Positions 10,030-21,212 are shown, numbered from the stretch's first letter. The stretch is DNA of 64,000 nt from Faecousia sp. (GCA_045614325.1 JAZLCU010000026.1:293-64292), one strand, 5' to 3'. Notes: a model not told the origin generated them from the letters alone. Numbers and translations: made by a program.

Positions 10030-10917
10030 TTATTTGATTTCCCAAAGCTTGATTTGGCTGGATTTTTCATACAGCCGCAGATAGCTGTCATAGCGGGTTT
10101 GCTCCAGCGCACCGCTTTCCACCGCCTGCCGCACTGCGCAGCCAGGCTCTGAGCGGTGAGAGCAATCGTGAAACTGGCAATTGCCCAAATGGGCGGCAAA
10201 GTCCGGGAATGCGTACTGCAGATTTTCTTTCAAAATCACATCCATCTGCTCCGTGTCGAAGGAGGCGAAGCCCGGTGTATCCGCCACATAGGTATTACCG
10301 CCTAAGTCGTACAGCTCCACATGCCGCGTGGTATGGCGGCCGCGGCCCAGCTTTTCCGACACCTCACCGGTAGCCAGCTGCAGCTGGGGCATCAGAGCAT
10401 TGAGCATACTGCTTTTACCTACGCCGGTGTTGCCGGTAAAGGCGGTGAATTTACCTGTGATCAGCTGCCGCAATTCCTCAACGCCCTCGCCTGTTACGGT
10501 GCTGGCCTGAATGACGGGAAAGCCTGCGTTACGGTAGATCTTCGTCAGATCCGCTGCCGGATCCAAGTCGCATTTATTGATGCAGATATGCACCGCGACT
10601 CCCTGGTCACCGGCAATGGCCGCAACCCGATCGATCAAAAACGGTTCTGTGACAGGGTTCACATTGGAGGCAAACACCACCAACGCATCCATATTGGCCA
10701 CCGCAGGGCGGACAAAACGGTTTCGGCGAGGCAGGATTTTTTCGATCATACCCTTGCCTTGTTCTACGGTGATCTCCACCAAATCGCCGGTAAGAGGTAC
10801 TTCCGGCCCACGGCGCAAACTTCCACGGCCGCGGCAGGTGATGCGGCCATCTTCTGTCTGCACATCGTAAAAGCCGCTGAGGGAGCGCAAAATTCGTCCG
10901 TTTGCTCGTTTAACCAT
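10030..10917 (-). CDS. rsgA: Ribosome small subunit-dependent GTPase A
   Basis: RPAVAN, NKCDL, GNTGVGKSS, GRHTTR, DTPGF, C-terminal Zn motif CQFHDCSH..EPGC. Confidence 0.95.
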   Translation of the reverse strand: MVKRANGRILRSLSGFYDVQTEDGRITCRGRGSLRRGPEVPLTGDLVEITVEQGKGMIEKILPRRNRFVRPAVANMDALVVFASNVNPVTEPFLIDRVAAIAGDQGVAVHICINKCDLDPAADLTKIYRNAGFPVIQASTVTGEGVEELRQLITGKFTAFTGNTGVGKSSMLNALMPQLQLATGEVSEKLGRGRHTTRHVELYDLGGNTYVADTPGFASFDTEQMDVILKENLQYAFPDFAAHLGNCQFHDCSHRSEPGCAVRQAVESGALEQTRYDSYLRLYEKSSQIKLWEIK

Positions 10918-13150
10918 TACTCTTTGTATTCTCCCCGTTTTTGGCGGTCGCAGCCTTGGTAAACACTTCTTCTACTTCCCAGGCCCGTTCACCGTTGATA
11001 TGGATCACATATTTCACGGTGCCTGCGCCGGTTTGTTCGCTCATCGTAATGCTCTTTGTTCCCTTGGGCACAGATTCAAAGTGAACGATTTTGCCATCCC
11101 GGAAAACAGAAATATCGCATCTATCCTCCATAGTGGCATCCTTCAGGTCAACGACCACATCCTTGGTGATCTCCATATCACCGTCGGGGCCTTTGGACAC
11201 TCGCAGGATCACATCCTCGTGGACCTCGTATTCCTTGCCCTTTTCGTGAGATTGGCCGATAACAGTATTTTCAGGCTCTGTGCTGAATTCATAGGTGATC
11301 TTGGGCGGCTTGAAGCCCATAGAGGTCAGCAGTTCAGAAGCCTGCGTATGCTCCATACCTACCAGATCCGGCATAGATTTCTTCTCTACGCCCTTGCTGA
11401 CATAGAGTTTCACAACCTGACCGGTCTTCAGGCGCTCGCCGCTGGCAGGCTCAGTTTCCAGGACCAGACCTGCCTTGACATTGATGTTGTAGGTTTCCTC
11501 GATTACAATATCCAGCGCCATATCCTGCAGATTCAGAATGTTGCGCGCCTGTTCCTCTGTCTGGTTGACCACATCGGGCATTGCAGAGAACTGTACCTTT
11601 TTGCCCTTGCTAATCCACAGAGTGATGGTCTGACCGTTTGTCAGCTCCGTCCCTGTTTTCGGCTCGGTACGAATCACATGGCCTTCGGCAACAGAATCGT
11701 GGTTCTCTTCCTTGATGGTAAACTTCAAATTGAAGTCCTGACACTCCAGGAAATCCAACGCCCACCCCTTGGAGCGATTCGACAGATCTGTCATTTTTAC
11801 TACCCTGGGGACAGAACCTAAGCTCACCGTGACAACCACGCCCGAGCCTTCTACTACCTTATCGCCGGCGGCAGGCCGCTGCGTTATGATAATGCCCGGC
11901 TCCACAGAGTCGTTATAGACCTCTTCCTTTCGCAAAACCAGACCGTCATAGTTGGGCAATTCTGCGTACATCTGGCCGGTCAGCTTGGGGATGGTGACCA
12001 GCTTCTCACCCGGGGTCAAGCGGCCGCTGAGGATAAACCACAAAGATACCGCAATGGCCAAAACAGCCACCACAGAGCAGGAAATGATCGCAATCGTGGT
12101 GATCCGATTGCGCCGGATCTCCTGTTGGGTTCTGCGAGGTCTTCTTCTGGACGGTGTCTGAGAGGTAGGTCTGCGCGGTGTTGTGGGACGCGGCTGCGTC
12201 TGTGGTCTGGGCGCAGGCTGATCCGGCTTTGCTTCCGGTTGGGGATTGAGCACCAGCGGAGGCTTTTGCACACGAAGTCCCTCGTCCACAGAAAGACCCG
12301 TATAATCAAACAGCATCGTGGGGTCCTTGCGGAACTCATCCATATCCGCGAGCATTCTGGTAGCGGAGGGGTAGCGGCCGGCAACGCTGCGCGCCATCGC
12401 GCGCATAATGATCTGCTCTAAGCCGCCGGGAATATTGGGATTAAATACGGAGGGCATTGCTGCACCGCCGTTGATATGCTGAATGGCAACAGATACGGGG
12501 GATTCGCCCTCATAAGGCGGACGGCCCGTCATCATTTCGTACATAACAACGCCCAGAGAGTAGATGTCCGAACGGTTATCCACCCGGCCGCCCTTAGCCT
12601 GCTCGGGAGAGATGTAATGTACAGAGCCCAGTGCTTCCTTGGTCAGGGTATTGCCCTTGGAGATCAGCCGAGCAATACCAAAGTCCATGACCTTGACTGA
12701 ACCGTTTTTCAGCACCATCACATTGTGAGGCTTAATGTCCCGGTGGACGATACCCTTGCTGTGGGCGTGTTCCAGCGCCTTTGCGATCTGTATGGCAAAA
12801 TGCAGGGTTTCCTTCCAGTTGAGGACGCCTTTTTTCTTCATATATTGCTTTAAGGTAATGCCCTCGATCAGTTCCATAACGATATAGTCCGCCATCACAG
12901 AGGTGGACACATCGTACACGGAAACGATGTTAGGGTGGCTGAGCATGGCAACAGCCTGACTTTCCGCGTGGAAACGACGGCGGAAGTCTTCATCGCCCAG
13001 ATTGTCGTCTTTCAAAATCTTAATGGCCACCAATCGGTTCAAACGATGACAGCGGGCCTTATAAACAACTGCCATACCGCCGGTACCGATCACTTCGAGG
13101 ATCTCGTAGCGATTGTCCAGCAGACGGCCTATGTATTTATCGTGATCCAT
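10910..13150 (-). CDS. pknB: Stk1/PrkC-family PASTA-domain Ser/Thr kinase
   Basis: IGTGGMAVVYKA, HRDIKPHN, DFGIA, SPEQA; TM segment followed by PASTA repeats. Confidence 0.93.
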   Translation of the reverse strand: MDHDKYIGRLLDNRYEILEVIGTGGMAVVYKARCHRLNRLVAIKILKDDNLGDEDFRRRFHAESQAVAMLSHPNIVSVYDVSTSVMADYIVMELIEGITLKQYMKKKGVLNWKETLHFAIQIAKALEHAHSKGIVHRDIKPHNVMVLKNGSVKVMDFGIARLISKGNTLTKEALGSVHYISPEQAKGGRVDNRSDIYSLGVVMYEMMTGRPPYEGESPVSVAIQHINGGAAMPSVFNPNIPGGLEQIIMRAMARSVAGRYPSATRMLADMDEFRKDPTMLFDYTGLSVDEGLRVQKPPLVLNPQPEAKPDQPAPRPQTQPRPTTPRRPTSQTPSRRRPRRTQQEIRRNRITTIAIISCSVVAVLAIAVSLWFILSGRLTPGEKLVTIPKLTGQMYAELPNYDGLVLRKEEVYNDSVEPGIIITQRPAAGDKVVEGSGVVVTVSLGSVPRVVKMTDLSNRSKGWALDFLECQDFNLKFTIKEENHDSVAEGHVIRTEPKTGTELTNGQTITLWISKGKKVQFSAMPDVVNQTEEQARNILNLQDMALDIVIEETYNINVKAGLVLETEPASGERLKTGQVVKLYVSKGVEKKSMPDLVGMEHTQASELLTSMGFKPPKITYEFSTEPENTVIGQSHEKGKEYEVHEDVILRVSKGPDGDMEITKDVVVDLKDATMEDRCDISVFRDGKIVHFESVPKGTKSITMSEQTGAGTVKYVIHINGERAWEVEEVFTKAATAKNGENTKSNG

Positions 13151-13171
13151 TGTTACACTCCTTTCAAAGCA

Positions 13172-13903
13172 TCAGACACGCACGAGCAAGCTTGTGACAT
13201 TGTCCGGTGCTCCCCGGTTCTTCGCGATCTCAAGCAAGCGCTCGCAGCACTGCTCATCGCCTTGGCCGTAGGCCACCTCAAAGAGGATCTCCTGATCGTC
13301 TACCAAGTTGGACAAGCCGTCCGTACACAGCAGGAAATGGTCGCCCCGCTGAACATCTGTATGGAAAACATCGCAGGAAACTTCCGCTTCCGTACCGATG
13401 GCCCGGGTGATCAGGTTCTTTCCGGGGTAATGCTTGGCGCGTTCCTTGGACAGCTCGCCCCGGGCGATCATCATCTGCACCAGCGAATGGTCCTTGGTTA
13501 CCTGACGGATTCCGTCTGCGCCGATTTGGTAGGCACGGCTATCGCCCACATTTACCACCGTGGCGGTTTTGCCCTGAATCAGGAGCGCCACCAGCGTCGT
13601 GCCCATACCTTGAAATTCTTCAAATTGCTGGGCTTGGTCAAACACGGTAAAGTTTGCAAGCTTCACTGCCGCCTCCAGCACTTGATCGACTTTTTCTGTG
13701 GACATATCCGATCTCCACATTCTTTTCACTTCCTGAGTGAAAACATCTGCTGCAAGGGCACTTGCCACATTGCCGGATTTTGCGCCACCCATACCGTCAC
13801 ACACAACGCACAGCAGCGTGTTTCTGTTTAAGGACTCAACTTGGTAGGCGTCCTGATTTTTATCTCGGGTCAAGCCGGGATCTGTCAATGCCCAATATCG
13901 CAT
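13172..13903 (-). CDS. stp: Stp1/PrpC PP2C-type Ser/Thr phosphatase
   Basis: NQD, CDGMGG, GMGTT, NVGDSR, LCTDGL, DNVT. Confidence 0.9.
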   Translation of the reverse strand: MRYWALTDPGLTRDKNQDAYQVESLNRNTLLCVVCDGMGGAKSGNVASALAADVFTQEVKRMWRSDMSTEKVDQVLEAAVKLANFTVFDQAQQFEEFQGMGTTLVALLIQGKTATVVNVGDSRAYQIGADGIRQVTKDHSLVQMMIARGELSKERAKHYPGKNLITRAIGTEAEVSCDVFHTDVQRGDHFLLCTDGLSNLVDDQEILFEVAYGQGDEQCCERLLEIAKNRGAPDNVTSLLVRV

Positions 13904-13928
13904 AAGATCTCACTCCTTTCAAGTGTAA

Positions 13929-14966
13929 TCAGTCGTTTTCTGTTTGCTTGGTATATTTTCGCCGTAGCTGGCCGCAGGATGCATCAATATCGCTGCCCAA
14001 GGTGCGGCGGACGGTGGCAGTCACGCCGCCGTCTTCCAATATCTTTTGAAAGGCCGCTACCGCAGCTTTGGTGCTGGGTTTATAGGGACTTTCCTCCACG
14101 TGGTTTAAGGGAATCATATTCACATGAGAAGGCAGACCCTTGAGGAGCGCCAGCAGTTGCTTGGCGTGCTCCGGCGTGTCATTGACCCCTTGAATCATCG
14201 CATATTCAAAGTGGATGCGCCGGGATGTCTTTTCATAATACCGCCGGCAGGCCGGAAGCAGCTGCTCGATGGGATAGGCTTTATTCACCGGCATAATGCG
14301 GTTGCGGATCTCGTTATTCGGGCCGTGCAGAGAGATGGCGAGGCTGATTTGAAGCTTTTTATCGCCCAGCTCGTCGATCTTCGGCACAAGACCGCAGGTG
14401 GACAGGCTAATATGGCGCATAGAAATGTTCATACCATCCGGGCTGTTTACCAGTTCCAAAAACCGCAGTACATTGTCCATGTTATCCAGCGGTTCACCGA
14501 TGCCCATCAGCACGATGTGAGAGACCGGCAGGCCGGAATCCACTTGGGTGAACAGCACCTGATCGATCATCTCAAAAGGCTCTAAGGGGCGCACCAAGCC
14601 ACCTAAGGTAGAGGCGCAGAACGCGCAGCCCATACGGCAGCCCACCTCTGTGGAAATGCACACGGTATTGCCGTAGTGGTAGCGCATCAGCACCGTTTCT
14701 ACACAATTGCCGTCGGAAAGCTTCCAGAGGTATTTGATCGTGCCGTCCTTTTGGGAAACCTGCTTGCGTACCACCTCCGGGGCGCAAATAGGATATTTGC
14801 TTTCCAGCGTGTCTCGCAAGGCCTTGGGCAGATTGGTCATTTCCTCAAAGCTTCGCACGCCTTTGTGCAGCCAGGAAAAGACCTGCTTGGCCCGGAAGGC
14901 CGGCTGCCCCAATTCTTTTAGTACCACACCGATTTCCGATATGGTCATAGATTTCAAATGGTTCAT
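13929..14966 (-). CDS. rlmN: 23S rRNA A2503/tRNA C2-methyltransferase (radical SAM)
   Basis: CxxxCxxC (CRMGCAFC), MGIGEP, DIDASCGQL. Confidence 0.95.
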   Translation of the reverse strand: MNHLKSMTISEIGVVLKELGQPAFRAKQVFSWLHKGVRSFEEMTNLPKALRDTLESKYPICAPEVVRKQVSQKDGTIKYLWKLSDGNCVETVLMRYHYGNTVCISTEVGCRMGCAFCASTLGGLVRPLEPFEMIDQVLFTQVDSGLPVSHIVLMGIGEPLDNMDNVLRFLELVNSPDGMNISMRHISLSTCGLVPKIDELGDKKLQISLAISLHGPNNEIRNRIMPVNKAYPIEQLLPACRRYYEKTSRRIHFEYAMIQGVNDTPEHAKQLLALLKGLPSHVNMIPLNHVEESPYKPSTKAAVAAFQKILEDGGVTATVRRTLGSDIDASCGQLRRKYTKQTEND

Positions 14967-16276
14967 TGTTTTCTCCGCAGGCGGCAGATAAAGAAGCCGT
15001 CTGTGTCATATTCCCCGGGCACCAAGGCCAGCATACCGCTTTCATTTTTGGGAAAGGGTGCGCCAAGTGGCAGGGGTTCGGTTGTAAAGTCAGGATGGGT
15101 TTGGAGAAATTTTTCCACCACATCTTCGTTTTCTGCCCGCACCAAGGTGCAAGTGGAGTACAAAAGCAGGCCGCCGGGTTTTACATAACGGGAGACATTA
15201 TTTATAATCTCCGTCTGCAATGTCGGGAGTTCAGCCATTGTTTTTAAATCCTTATAGCGGATGTCCGGTTTTTTGCGAATGATGCCCAAGCCGGAGCAAG
15301 GCACATCGGCGATCACCGCATCCATTTTTTCTTCCCATTGGGATTCAAAATCCGTTGCGCTATGTAATTTGGCCGTAATCATAGCAAAGCCCAGTCGTTC
15401 AGCGCCGCGGGCAATCAGTTCGGTTTTATGCTCGTGAATGTCGCAGGAGGTGATGCTTCCCTGCCCCTCCATGGCGATGGCCGCGGCAAAGCTCTTGCCG
15501 CCGGGCGCGGCACAGCAATCCAGCACAGTTTGGTCGGGTTTCAGTTCCGCGCACAGAACACTTAATTTTGCCGCCGAATCCTGCACATAGTACAGACCGT
15601 CCTTAAAGCTGGGAAGCTGCTCCATATTGCCGGTGCCGGTCAAAATCAAGCAATCTGCAAGCCACGGGTGGTTTTCAGCCGTTACGCCCTCGTCGGCAAG
15701 TTTGTTCTGCAAGGCTTCCCGGGTCGTCTTCAGGGTATTGACCTGCACCGCAAGGGGCGCGATGGCGTTATTGGCTTTGAGCATAGGCTCTAAGCGTTCT
15801 TTGCCCACATAGGACTTCAGCAAGTTGATCAGATCGCCGGGGTGGCTGTACTTATCTTCGTAGGAATTGGGCTCTTTTAAGGCGCCTTTGGTACGAACTG
15901 CATTTCTGAGGACGCCGTTTACAAGGCCGGAGGCGGTGTGCTGCTTCTTGCAGTACTTTTTTGCCAGCTCCACCGACTCATTGACCGCGGCAGATTCGGG
16001 AATCTTGTCCATTTGGTAGATCTGGTACAGACCGATATGGAGAATGTCCCGAATGATCGGGTGTAGGTCCTTGATGCGGCCGGTGAGCAGTTGTGCAAGG
16101 TAAAAGTCCAGATAGTTCCGGTTCTGCATTACGCCGTAGCACAGCCGGGCGGCCAAGGCGCTGTCCCGGCTATCCAGCCGGTCACGGCGTACATATTCCT
16201 TCAGCACACCATTGGACCAAGCACCGTTTTTACGGCAGGCGATCAGCACATTCAGCGCGGTTTCCCGGGCGCTCAT
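14963..16276 (-). CDS. rsmB: 16S rRNA (cytosine967-C5)-methyltransferase
   Basis: NusB-like N-terminus, DCCAAPGGKS, DVPCSGLG, YSTCT. Confidence 0.93.
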   Translation of the reverse strand: MSARETALNVLIACRKNGAWSNGVLKEYVRRDRLDSRDSALAARLCYGVMQNRNYLDFYLAQLLTGRIKDLHPIIRDILHIGLYQIYQMDKIPESAAVNESVELAKKYCKKQHTASGLVNGVLRNAVRTKGALKEPNSYEDKYSHPGDLINLLKSYVGKERLEPMLKANNAIAPLAVQVNTLKTTREALQNKLADEGVTAENHPWLADCLILTGTGNMEQLPSFKDGLYYVQDSAAKLSVLCAELKPDQTVLDCCAAPGGKSFAAAIAMEGQGSITSCDIHEHKTELIARGAERLGFAMITAKLHSATDFESQWEEKMDAVIADVPCSGLGIIRKKPDIRYKDLKTMAELPTLQTEIINNVSRYVKPGGLLLYSTCTLVRAENEDVVEKFLQTHPDFTTEPLPLGAPFPKNESGMLALVPGEYDTDGFFICRLRRKQ

Positions 16277-17193
16277 TTGGTCTCCTCCAAGGGATGGCCA
16301 CGGAAATAGTCGGGGGCTGCCATACGCTTGCCGCCCTCAGCCTGCAGTTCGCGGATCTCAACTGCGCCTTCGCCGCAGGCAATCTGCAGGCCGGTCTTGG
16401 TCAGGCCAAGGATGGTGCCGGCAGGAGCATTGGCAGTGTTTTCCACGATCTTGGTGGCATAAACCTTGAAATTCTTGCCACCGATCTGGGCAGTTGCAAC
16501 AGGCCACGGATTCAGGCCGCGGACCTTATTATGCACCTGCTGAGCGGTCATCGCAAAGTCGATGGGACACATGGTCTTATCCAGCATAGGCGCGTAGGAC
16601 ACCTGCGACTCGTCCTGACGGGTACGGGTAGCAGTTCCGTTTTCCACTGCGGCGAGGGTCTCACTGAGCAGGTCAGCGCCCAACTCTGCCAGCTTGTCCA
16701 GCAGCTGGCCGGCGGTTTCGTCCGGGCCGATGGGGGTCTTTTTGCTATCAATCATATCGCCGGCATCCATTTCCCGGCACAGATACATTGCGGTCACGCC
16801 GGATTCTGTCAGACCGTCCAGCACCGCCCACTGGTAAGGGGCAGAGCCGCGGTACTGAGGCAGCAGACTTGCGTGGATATTGATGAAGCCCTTGGGGGCA
16901 ATATCCAGCACCTTTTGGGGCAGGATGCGGCCATAGGCCACCACCGCCACCACATCCGGCGCTAAATCACGCAGCTGCTGAACAGTTTCTTCCTCACGGA
17001 AGTTTTCCGGCTGGAACACGGGAATATCATTGGCAAGCGCCACCTCCTTGACGGGAGAGGCTACCAGCTTCATGCCACGACCCTTGGGGCGGTCCGGCTG
17101 GGTATAGACGCCAACAACCGTGTAGTTGTCCGCTAAAATCTTTTTCAGGCAGGTCGCCGCAATATCCGGCGTACCCATAAACACAACGCGCAT
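16273..17193 (-). CDS. fmt: Methionyl-tRNA formyltransferase
   Basis: FMGTP, TQPDRPKGRG, NIHASLLPQYRGSAP. Confidence 0.96.
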   Translation of the reverse strand: MRVVFMGTPDIAATCLKKILADNYTVVGVYTQPDRPKGRGMKLVASPVKEVALANDIPVFQPENFREEETVQQLRDLAPDVVAVVAYGRILPQKVLDIAPKGFINIHASLLPQYRGSAPYQWAVLDGLTESGVTAMYLCREMDAGDMIDSKKTPIGPDETAGQLLDKLAELGADLLSETLAAVENGTATRTRQDESQVSYAPMLDKTMCPIDFAMTAQQVHNKVRGLNPWPVATAQIGGKNFKVYATKIVENTANAPAGTILGLTKTGLQIACGEGAVEIRELQAEGGKRMAAPDYFRGHPLEETK

Positions 17194-17210
17194 AGGATGC
17201 CTCCTAAAGT

Positions 17211-17687
17211 TTACTCGCAGTACTCCATCAGTTCTTCATCGGTCAGCAGACGCTCCATCACCTGCGTGTAGATGATGCCGTCCAAGTGATCCAGCTCGTG
17301 GCAGAAGCAACGGGCAGTCAGTTCCTCACCGTCGGTCTCAAACCAGTTGCCGTGACGGTCCTGAGCGCGAACCTTGGCATAGAAGGGTCTTTTTACCAGA
17401 CCGTATTTGCCGGGTACGCTGAGGCAGCCCTCCGGGCCTTCCTGCTCGCCGTCGGTCTCCAGAATGGTGGGGTTGATCAGTTCCAAGATCTGCTCGCCGT
17501 TGTCCACCAACACCGCCCGGCGCAGGATACCAACCTGAGGCGCAGCCAAGCCAACACCGCCGGAGTCCACAAGGGTCTCGTTCATATCGTCCAGCAATTT
17601 ATGGAGTTTTTCATCAAAGTCTACCACCGGCTTGCACACTTTATGCAAGGCGGGGTTTTTGTCGCTTAAAATTCTACGCAGTGCCAT
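17211..17687 (-). CDS. def: Peptide deformylase
   Basis: GVGLAAPQVG, EGCLS, HELDHLDG. Confidence 0.96.
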   Translation of the reverse strand: MALRRILSDKNPALHKVCKPVVDFDEKLHKLLDDMNETLVDSGGVGLAAPQVGILRRAVLVDNGEQILELINPTILETDGEQEGPEGCLSVPGKYGLVKRPFYAKVRAQDRHGNWFETDGEELTARCFCHELDHLDGIIYTQVMERLLTDEELMEYCE

Positions 17688-17700
17688 CTTTTTCTCCTAT

Positions 17701-20148
17701 CTATTCAAAGCCGTTTATATCAATAAAGGCCGATACGCCCCGATTCTCTCTGTCTTGAGAGAACTGCCGCAGCAGGTGCGCCAAAAGCAGACGCAGGGGC
17801 TTTGTCATTTTGCATCGCACCGTCAGGCGGTAACGGTAATTATAATTGATCTTCGGTACAGGGCAAGGCGCAGGGCCAAGAACTGTGCAACGCTCGGATG
17901 CGTACTCCGGCTGCTGCAGAAGGTTCTCAAGGCTACCCTTTAGCTTGGCAGCACCGTGAAGGAGTCTTGCCTCATCCTGACCTGTAACAGTGATCACCGC
18001 AACATCTCCGAAGGGAGGCGTTTCCAAGTGTTTGCGCAGGCCGATCTCCAGGTTATAGAAGCCGTCATAATCCTGCTTGGCAGCAAGGTTGATGACTGCG
18101 TGCTCCGGCACAAGGGTCTGGATCATTGCGCGGCCGCTGGTGTCGCCCCGGCCTGCACGACCCACCACTTGGGTGAGCATATTGAAGGTGGTCCCCGCCG
18201 CCCGATAACTGTCCGTATATAGGTTCAGATCGCCGTCCAAGACGCCCACCAAGGTCACATCCGGCAGATTCAGGCCTTTCGCGACCATTTGCGTTCCCAC
18301 AAGCACGGGGATGCGGTCTTTTTGGAAACGATCCAAAATCATTTCGTGGGTATTGGATGCAGAAACGGTGTCTGCGTCCATGCGTTCCACAGGAATATCG
18401 GAGAAGCGCTCCTGCAATTCCTGCTGAACCTTTTGGGTGCCGGTGCCCACCCGCTTCATCGGGCCGCCGCAGCTGGGGCAGCGCTTGGGGGCAGGCATTG
18501 AGTGGCCACAGTAGTGGCACATCAGCCGTTCGTTGGCACTATGGTAAGTAAGTCTTGCGCTGCAGCGGGGGCATTCGGGAGATTCCCGGCACTCCACACA
18601 CACAAGGGCACGGCTGTTGCCACGGCGGTTTAAGAACAAGATGGCTTGCTTGCCGGCTTGCTCTGTGTCACGGATGGCATTTTGCAGAGCGTTGCTTAAA
18701 GAAAGGTCATTGCCCAGCTTCAGCTCCTGCGGCATATCCACAATCTCCACCTCAGGCAGCGGACGGCCACCGAAGCGGTTACGCAGACGGTAAAGCTGAT
18801 AGATGCCGGACTTGGCATAGTACATACTCTCCACGCTGGGGGTTGCAGAGCCCAGCAGCACCAAGGCTTTTTCCTTGATGCCACGCCACAGAGCCACTTC
18901 CCTTGCGTGGTAGCGAGGGGCATTTTCCGATTTGTAGGAATGCTCCTGCTCCTCGTCCAAAATGACAAGACCCAAGCTGGCGCAGGGGGCAAAGACCGCA
19001 GAGCGCGTGCCTACTACCAGTTTGGCTTCTCCGGAACGGATGCGCTTCCACTGGTCATAGCGCTCGGTGGCCGGCAGGCTGCTATGCAGCACCGCCACAC
19101 GGTCGCCAAAATGCGCTGCCATCAGGCCCAAAAGCTGGGGTGTCAGTGCAATTTCGGGGACCAAAAGAATCGCTTGCTTGCCGCTGTCGACACAATCGGC
19201 AATGAGCTTAATATACACAGAGGTCTTGCCGGAGCCGGTCACACCGTAAAGCAGAGTCGTTCCCGGGGCATCTGTGTGCATTTGTGTTTTTAAGCCGTCA
19301 AAGGCTGCCGCCTGCTCTTCGTTCAGAACAAGAGGGCCATTTAACTTGGCAGGTCGGATTTCTCTGCAGCGCAGCACCTCTTTTTCGGTGAGCGTTGCAT
19401 AGCCCAGCTCTGCCAGCCGGCGCACAGTGGTCGGCTTTGCGCCGGTAAAATAACAGACCTCTTTCACGGGGGCAGAGCCAATGCTGCACAACAGTTCCAA
19501 AACGCTGCGTTGCATAGCCGCGGACTTGGGACGGGTGGCCGCATAGGCCATCGCCTCCTCCGTAGAAACTGCCAAGGTCACAATTTCCTGCTGTTTATCG
19601 CCGGTTCGGCGCAGGAAATCACGCTCAGCCGTGATCCACTTGTTTTTCAGCAGGTAAGACACGGCTTTTTCGAATTTTTCCTCGTCGGTCACCGTTTGGC
19701 GCAAGATGGTGCCTTGGGCGGTGCCGCCAAGGGACTGAAGCTGCTCCAGCAAAAGCTTTGCATCCGTCTGGCGGATGGTTTTCTCCTGCCAGCTGCAGTC
19801 ATCGGTCAGGCTATAGGTATCCTTGCTTTGGAACCAAAGACCGGCCGGGAGCATCGTCCGAATGGCATCGTAGAAGGTACAAAAGTAGCGTTCGCGCATA
19901 AAGGCCGCCAGGCGGAGCATCGTGCCGGAGAGCATCGGCTCATCGTCCAAAGGACGAAAAACCGGCTTTAAGCCATCCGCCTCCCCTGCTTCCACCGCAA
20001 GCACCACACCTTCGGTCTGGCGATTGCTGCGACCAAAGGGAACCATCACCCGCATACCGGGCTGGATTCCCATCCCCTCGGGAACGAAATAAGAATAGGG
20101 CTTATCAATGGCAAAATTTGCCGCTGAAACAGCGATTTTGGCAATCAT
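17701..20148 (-). CDS. priA: Primosomal protein N' (replication restart helicase)
   Basis: GVTGSGKT, DEEQE, SATPS, Cys-rich Zn cluster, QVVGRAGR; ends in TAG used as a genuine host stop. Confidence 0.95.
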   Translation of the reverse strand: MIAKIAVSAANFAIDKPYSYFVPEGMGIQPGMRVMVPFGRSNRQTEGVVLAVEAGEADGLKPVFRPLDDEPMLSGTMLRLAAFMRERYFCTFYDAIRTMLPAGLWFQSKDTYSLTDDCSWQEKTIRQTDAKLLLEQLQSLGGTAQGTILRQTVTDEEKFEKAVSYLLKNKWITAERDFLRRTGDKQQEIVTLAVSTEEAMAYAATRPKSAAMQRSVLELLCSIGSAPVKEVCYFTGAKPTTVRRLAELGYATLTEKEVLRCREIRPAKLNGPLVLNEEQAAAFDGLKTQMHTDAPGTTLLYGVTGSGKTSVYIKLIADCVDSGKQAILLVPEIALTPQLLGLMAAHFGDRVAVLHSSLPATERYDQWKRIRSGEAKLVVGTRSAVFAPCASLGLVILDEEQEHSYKSENAPRYHAREVALWRGIKEKALVLLGSATPSVESMYYAKSGIYQLYRLRNRFGGRPLPEVEIVDMPQELKLGNDLSLSNALQNAIRDTEQAGKQAILFLNRRGNSRALVCVECRESPECPRCSARLTYHSANERLMCHYCGHSMPAPKRCPSCGGPMKRVGTGTQKVQQELQERFSDIPVERMDADTVSASNTHEMILDRFQKDRIPVLVGTQMVAKGLNLPDVTLVGVLDGDLNLYTDSYRAAGTTFNMLTQVVGRAGRGDTSGRAMIQTLVPEHAVINLAAKQDYDGFYNLEIGLRKHLETPPFGDVAVITVTGQDEARLLHGAAKLKGSLENLLQQPEYASERCTVLGPAPCPVPKINYNYRYRLTVRCKMTKPLRLLLAHLLRQFSQDRENRGVSAFIDINGFE

Positions 20149-20178
20149 AACGCCCCTCCTTACATCTTTCTTTTGGGA

Positions 20179-20385
20179 TTACTTTTTGTATTCTTCTCTC
20201 AGGTCAGCGGTCAGCGCGCCGGCTGCCACTTCACGGATAGCCAGAGTCACGGGCTTTTCTTCCAGCTCTACCTGCTGCTCGTCAGCCTCGATGGCGATCT
20301 GTCTTGCACGCTGGGCAACAACATTTACCAGCAAATAACGGCTGCTGATGTTCTTCAGCAAATCTGCTACGGGGGGGTACAACAT
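20179..20385 (-). CDS. rpoZ: RNA polymerase omega subunit
   Basis: MLYP..DLL..SRYLLV..A.RARQ..KPVT.A..E; follows gmk. Confidence 0.9.
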   Translation of the reverse strand: MLYPPVADLLKNISSRYLLVNVVAQRARQIAIEADEQQVELEEKPVTLAIREVAAGALTADLREEYKK

Positions 20386-20404
20386 ATCGGTTTCCTCCAA
20401 TTTC

Positions 20405-20962
20405 TTATCTCGCCTCACGGGCGATGATTTCTAAAATTTCACGGACACAATCGTCCACTTTATCATTCACTACGACATAGTCATAGTGTTTGCTTTGTTC
20501 AACTTCCCAAGCAACGCGCGCCTGTCTGACAGCAATTTGCTCTTCGGATGTATCGCCGCGGCCGCGGAGGCGGTCGGTCAGCACTTCCAAGGACGGTGGC
20601 GCAATGAAAATAAGTACTGCGTCTTCCTTCTCCCGGCGGACATTGAATGCACCGTTAGGCTCAATGTCCAAAATCACGCTGCCGGATTCCAGCTTTTCCT
20701 CCAGCTGGGCACGGGGTGTGCCGTAGTAGTTGTCCATATGGGCATCGTATTCCAGAAATGCGCGCTGGGCGATCATTTCCTGAAACTTGTCCTTGGTGAC
20801 AAAGTAATAGCTGACGCCATCTACTTCACCTGCCCGGGGGGCACGGGTGGTTGCGGATACAGAGAAGCTTAAGTCCGGGCGGCTTTCCATCACCTTGCCC
20901 AGCACAGTGCTTTTTCCAACACCGGACGCACCGGAGATCACAAACAGTTTACCCTTCGACAT
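20405..20962 (-). CDS. gmk: Guanylate kinase
   Basis: [34 protein letters not shown]. Confidence 0.95.
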   Translation of the reverse strand: MSKGKLFVISGASGVGKSTVLGKVMESRPDLSFSVSATTRAPRAGEVDGVSYYFVTKDKFQEMIAQRAFLEYDAHMDNYYGTPRAQLEEKLESGSVILDIEPNGAFNVRREKEDAVLIFIAPPSLEVLTDRLRGRGDTSEEQIAVRQARVAWEVEQSKHYDYVVVNDKVDDCVREILEIIAREAR

Positions 20963-21212
20963 TGTCTTTATCCTCCTGCTTGTCCTCCCAACGGGCAGCC
21001 AGCACATCGGTAGTGAGCGCTGACAAAATCACGTGGTCTGTATCCATCAGGATCACTGCCTTGGTCTTGCGGCCGTAGGATGCATCAATGAGCATTCCCC
21101 TATCCCGGGCCTCCTGCACCACACGCTTGATGGGGGCAGAGTCCGGCTCAACGATGGCCAGTACGCGCCGGGCGGCAATCATACTGCCAAATCCGATTCC
21201 AATCAGTTTCAT
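20949..21212 (-). CDS. remA: DUF370 / RemA family protein
   Basis: [34 protein letters not shown]; between yicC and gmk. Confidence 0.88.
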   Translation of the reverse strand: MKLIGIGFGSMIAARRVLAIVEPDSAPIKRVVQEARDRGMLIDASYGRKTKAVILMDTDHVILSALTTDVLAARWEDKQEDKDNVEG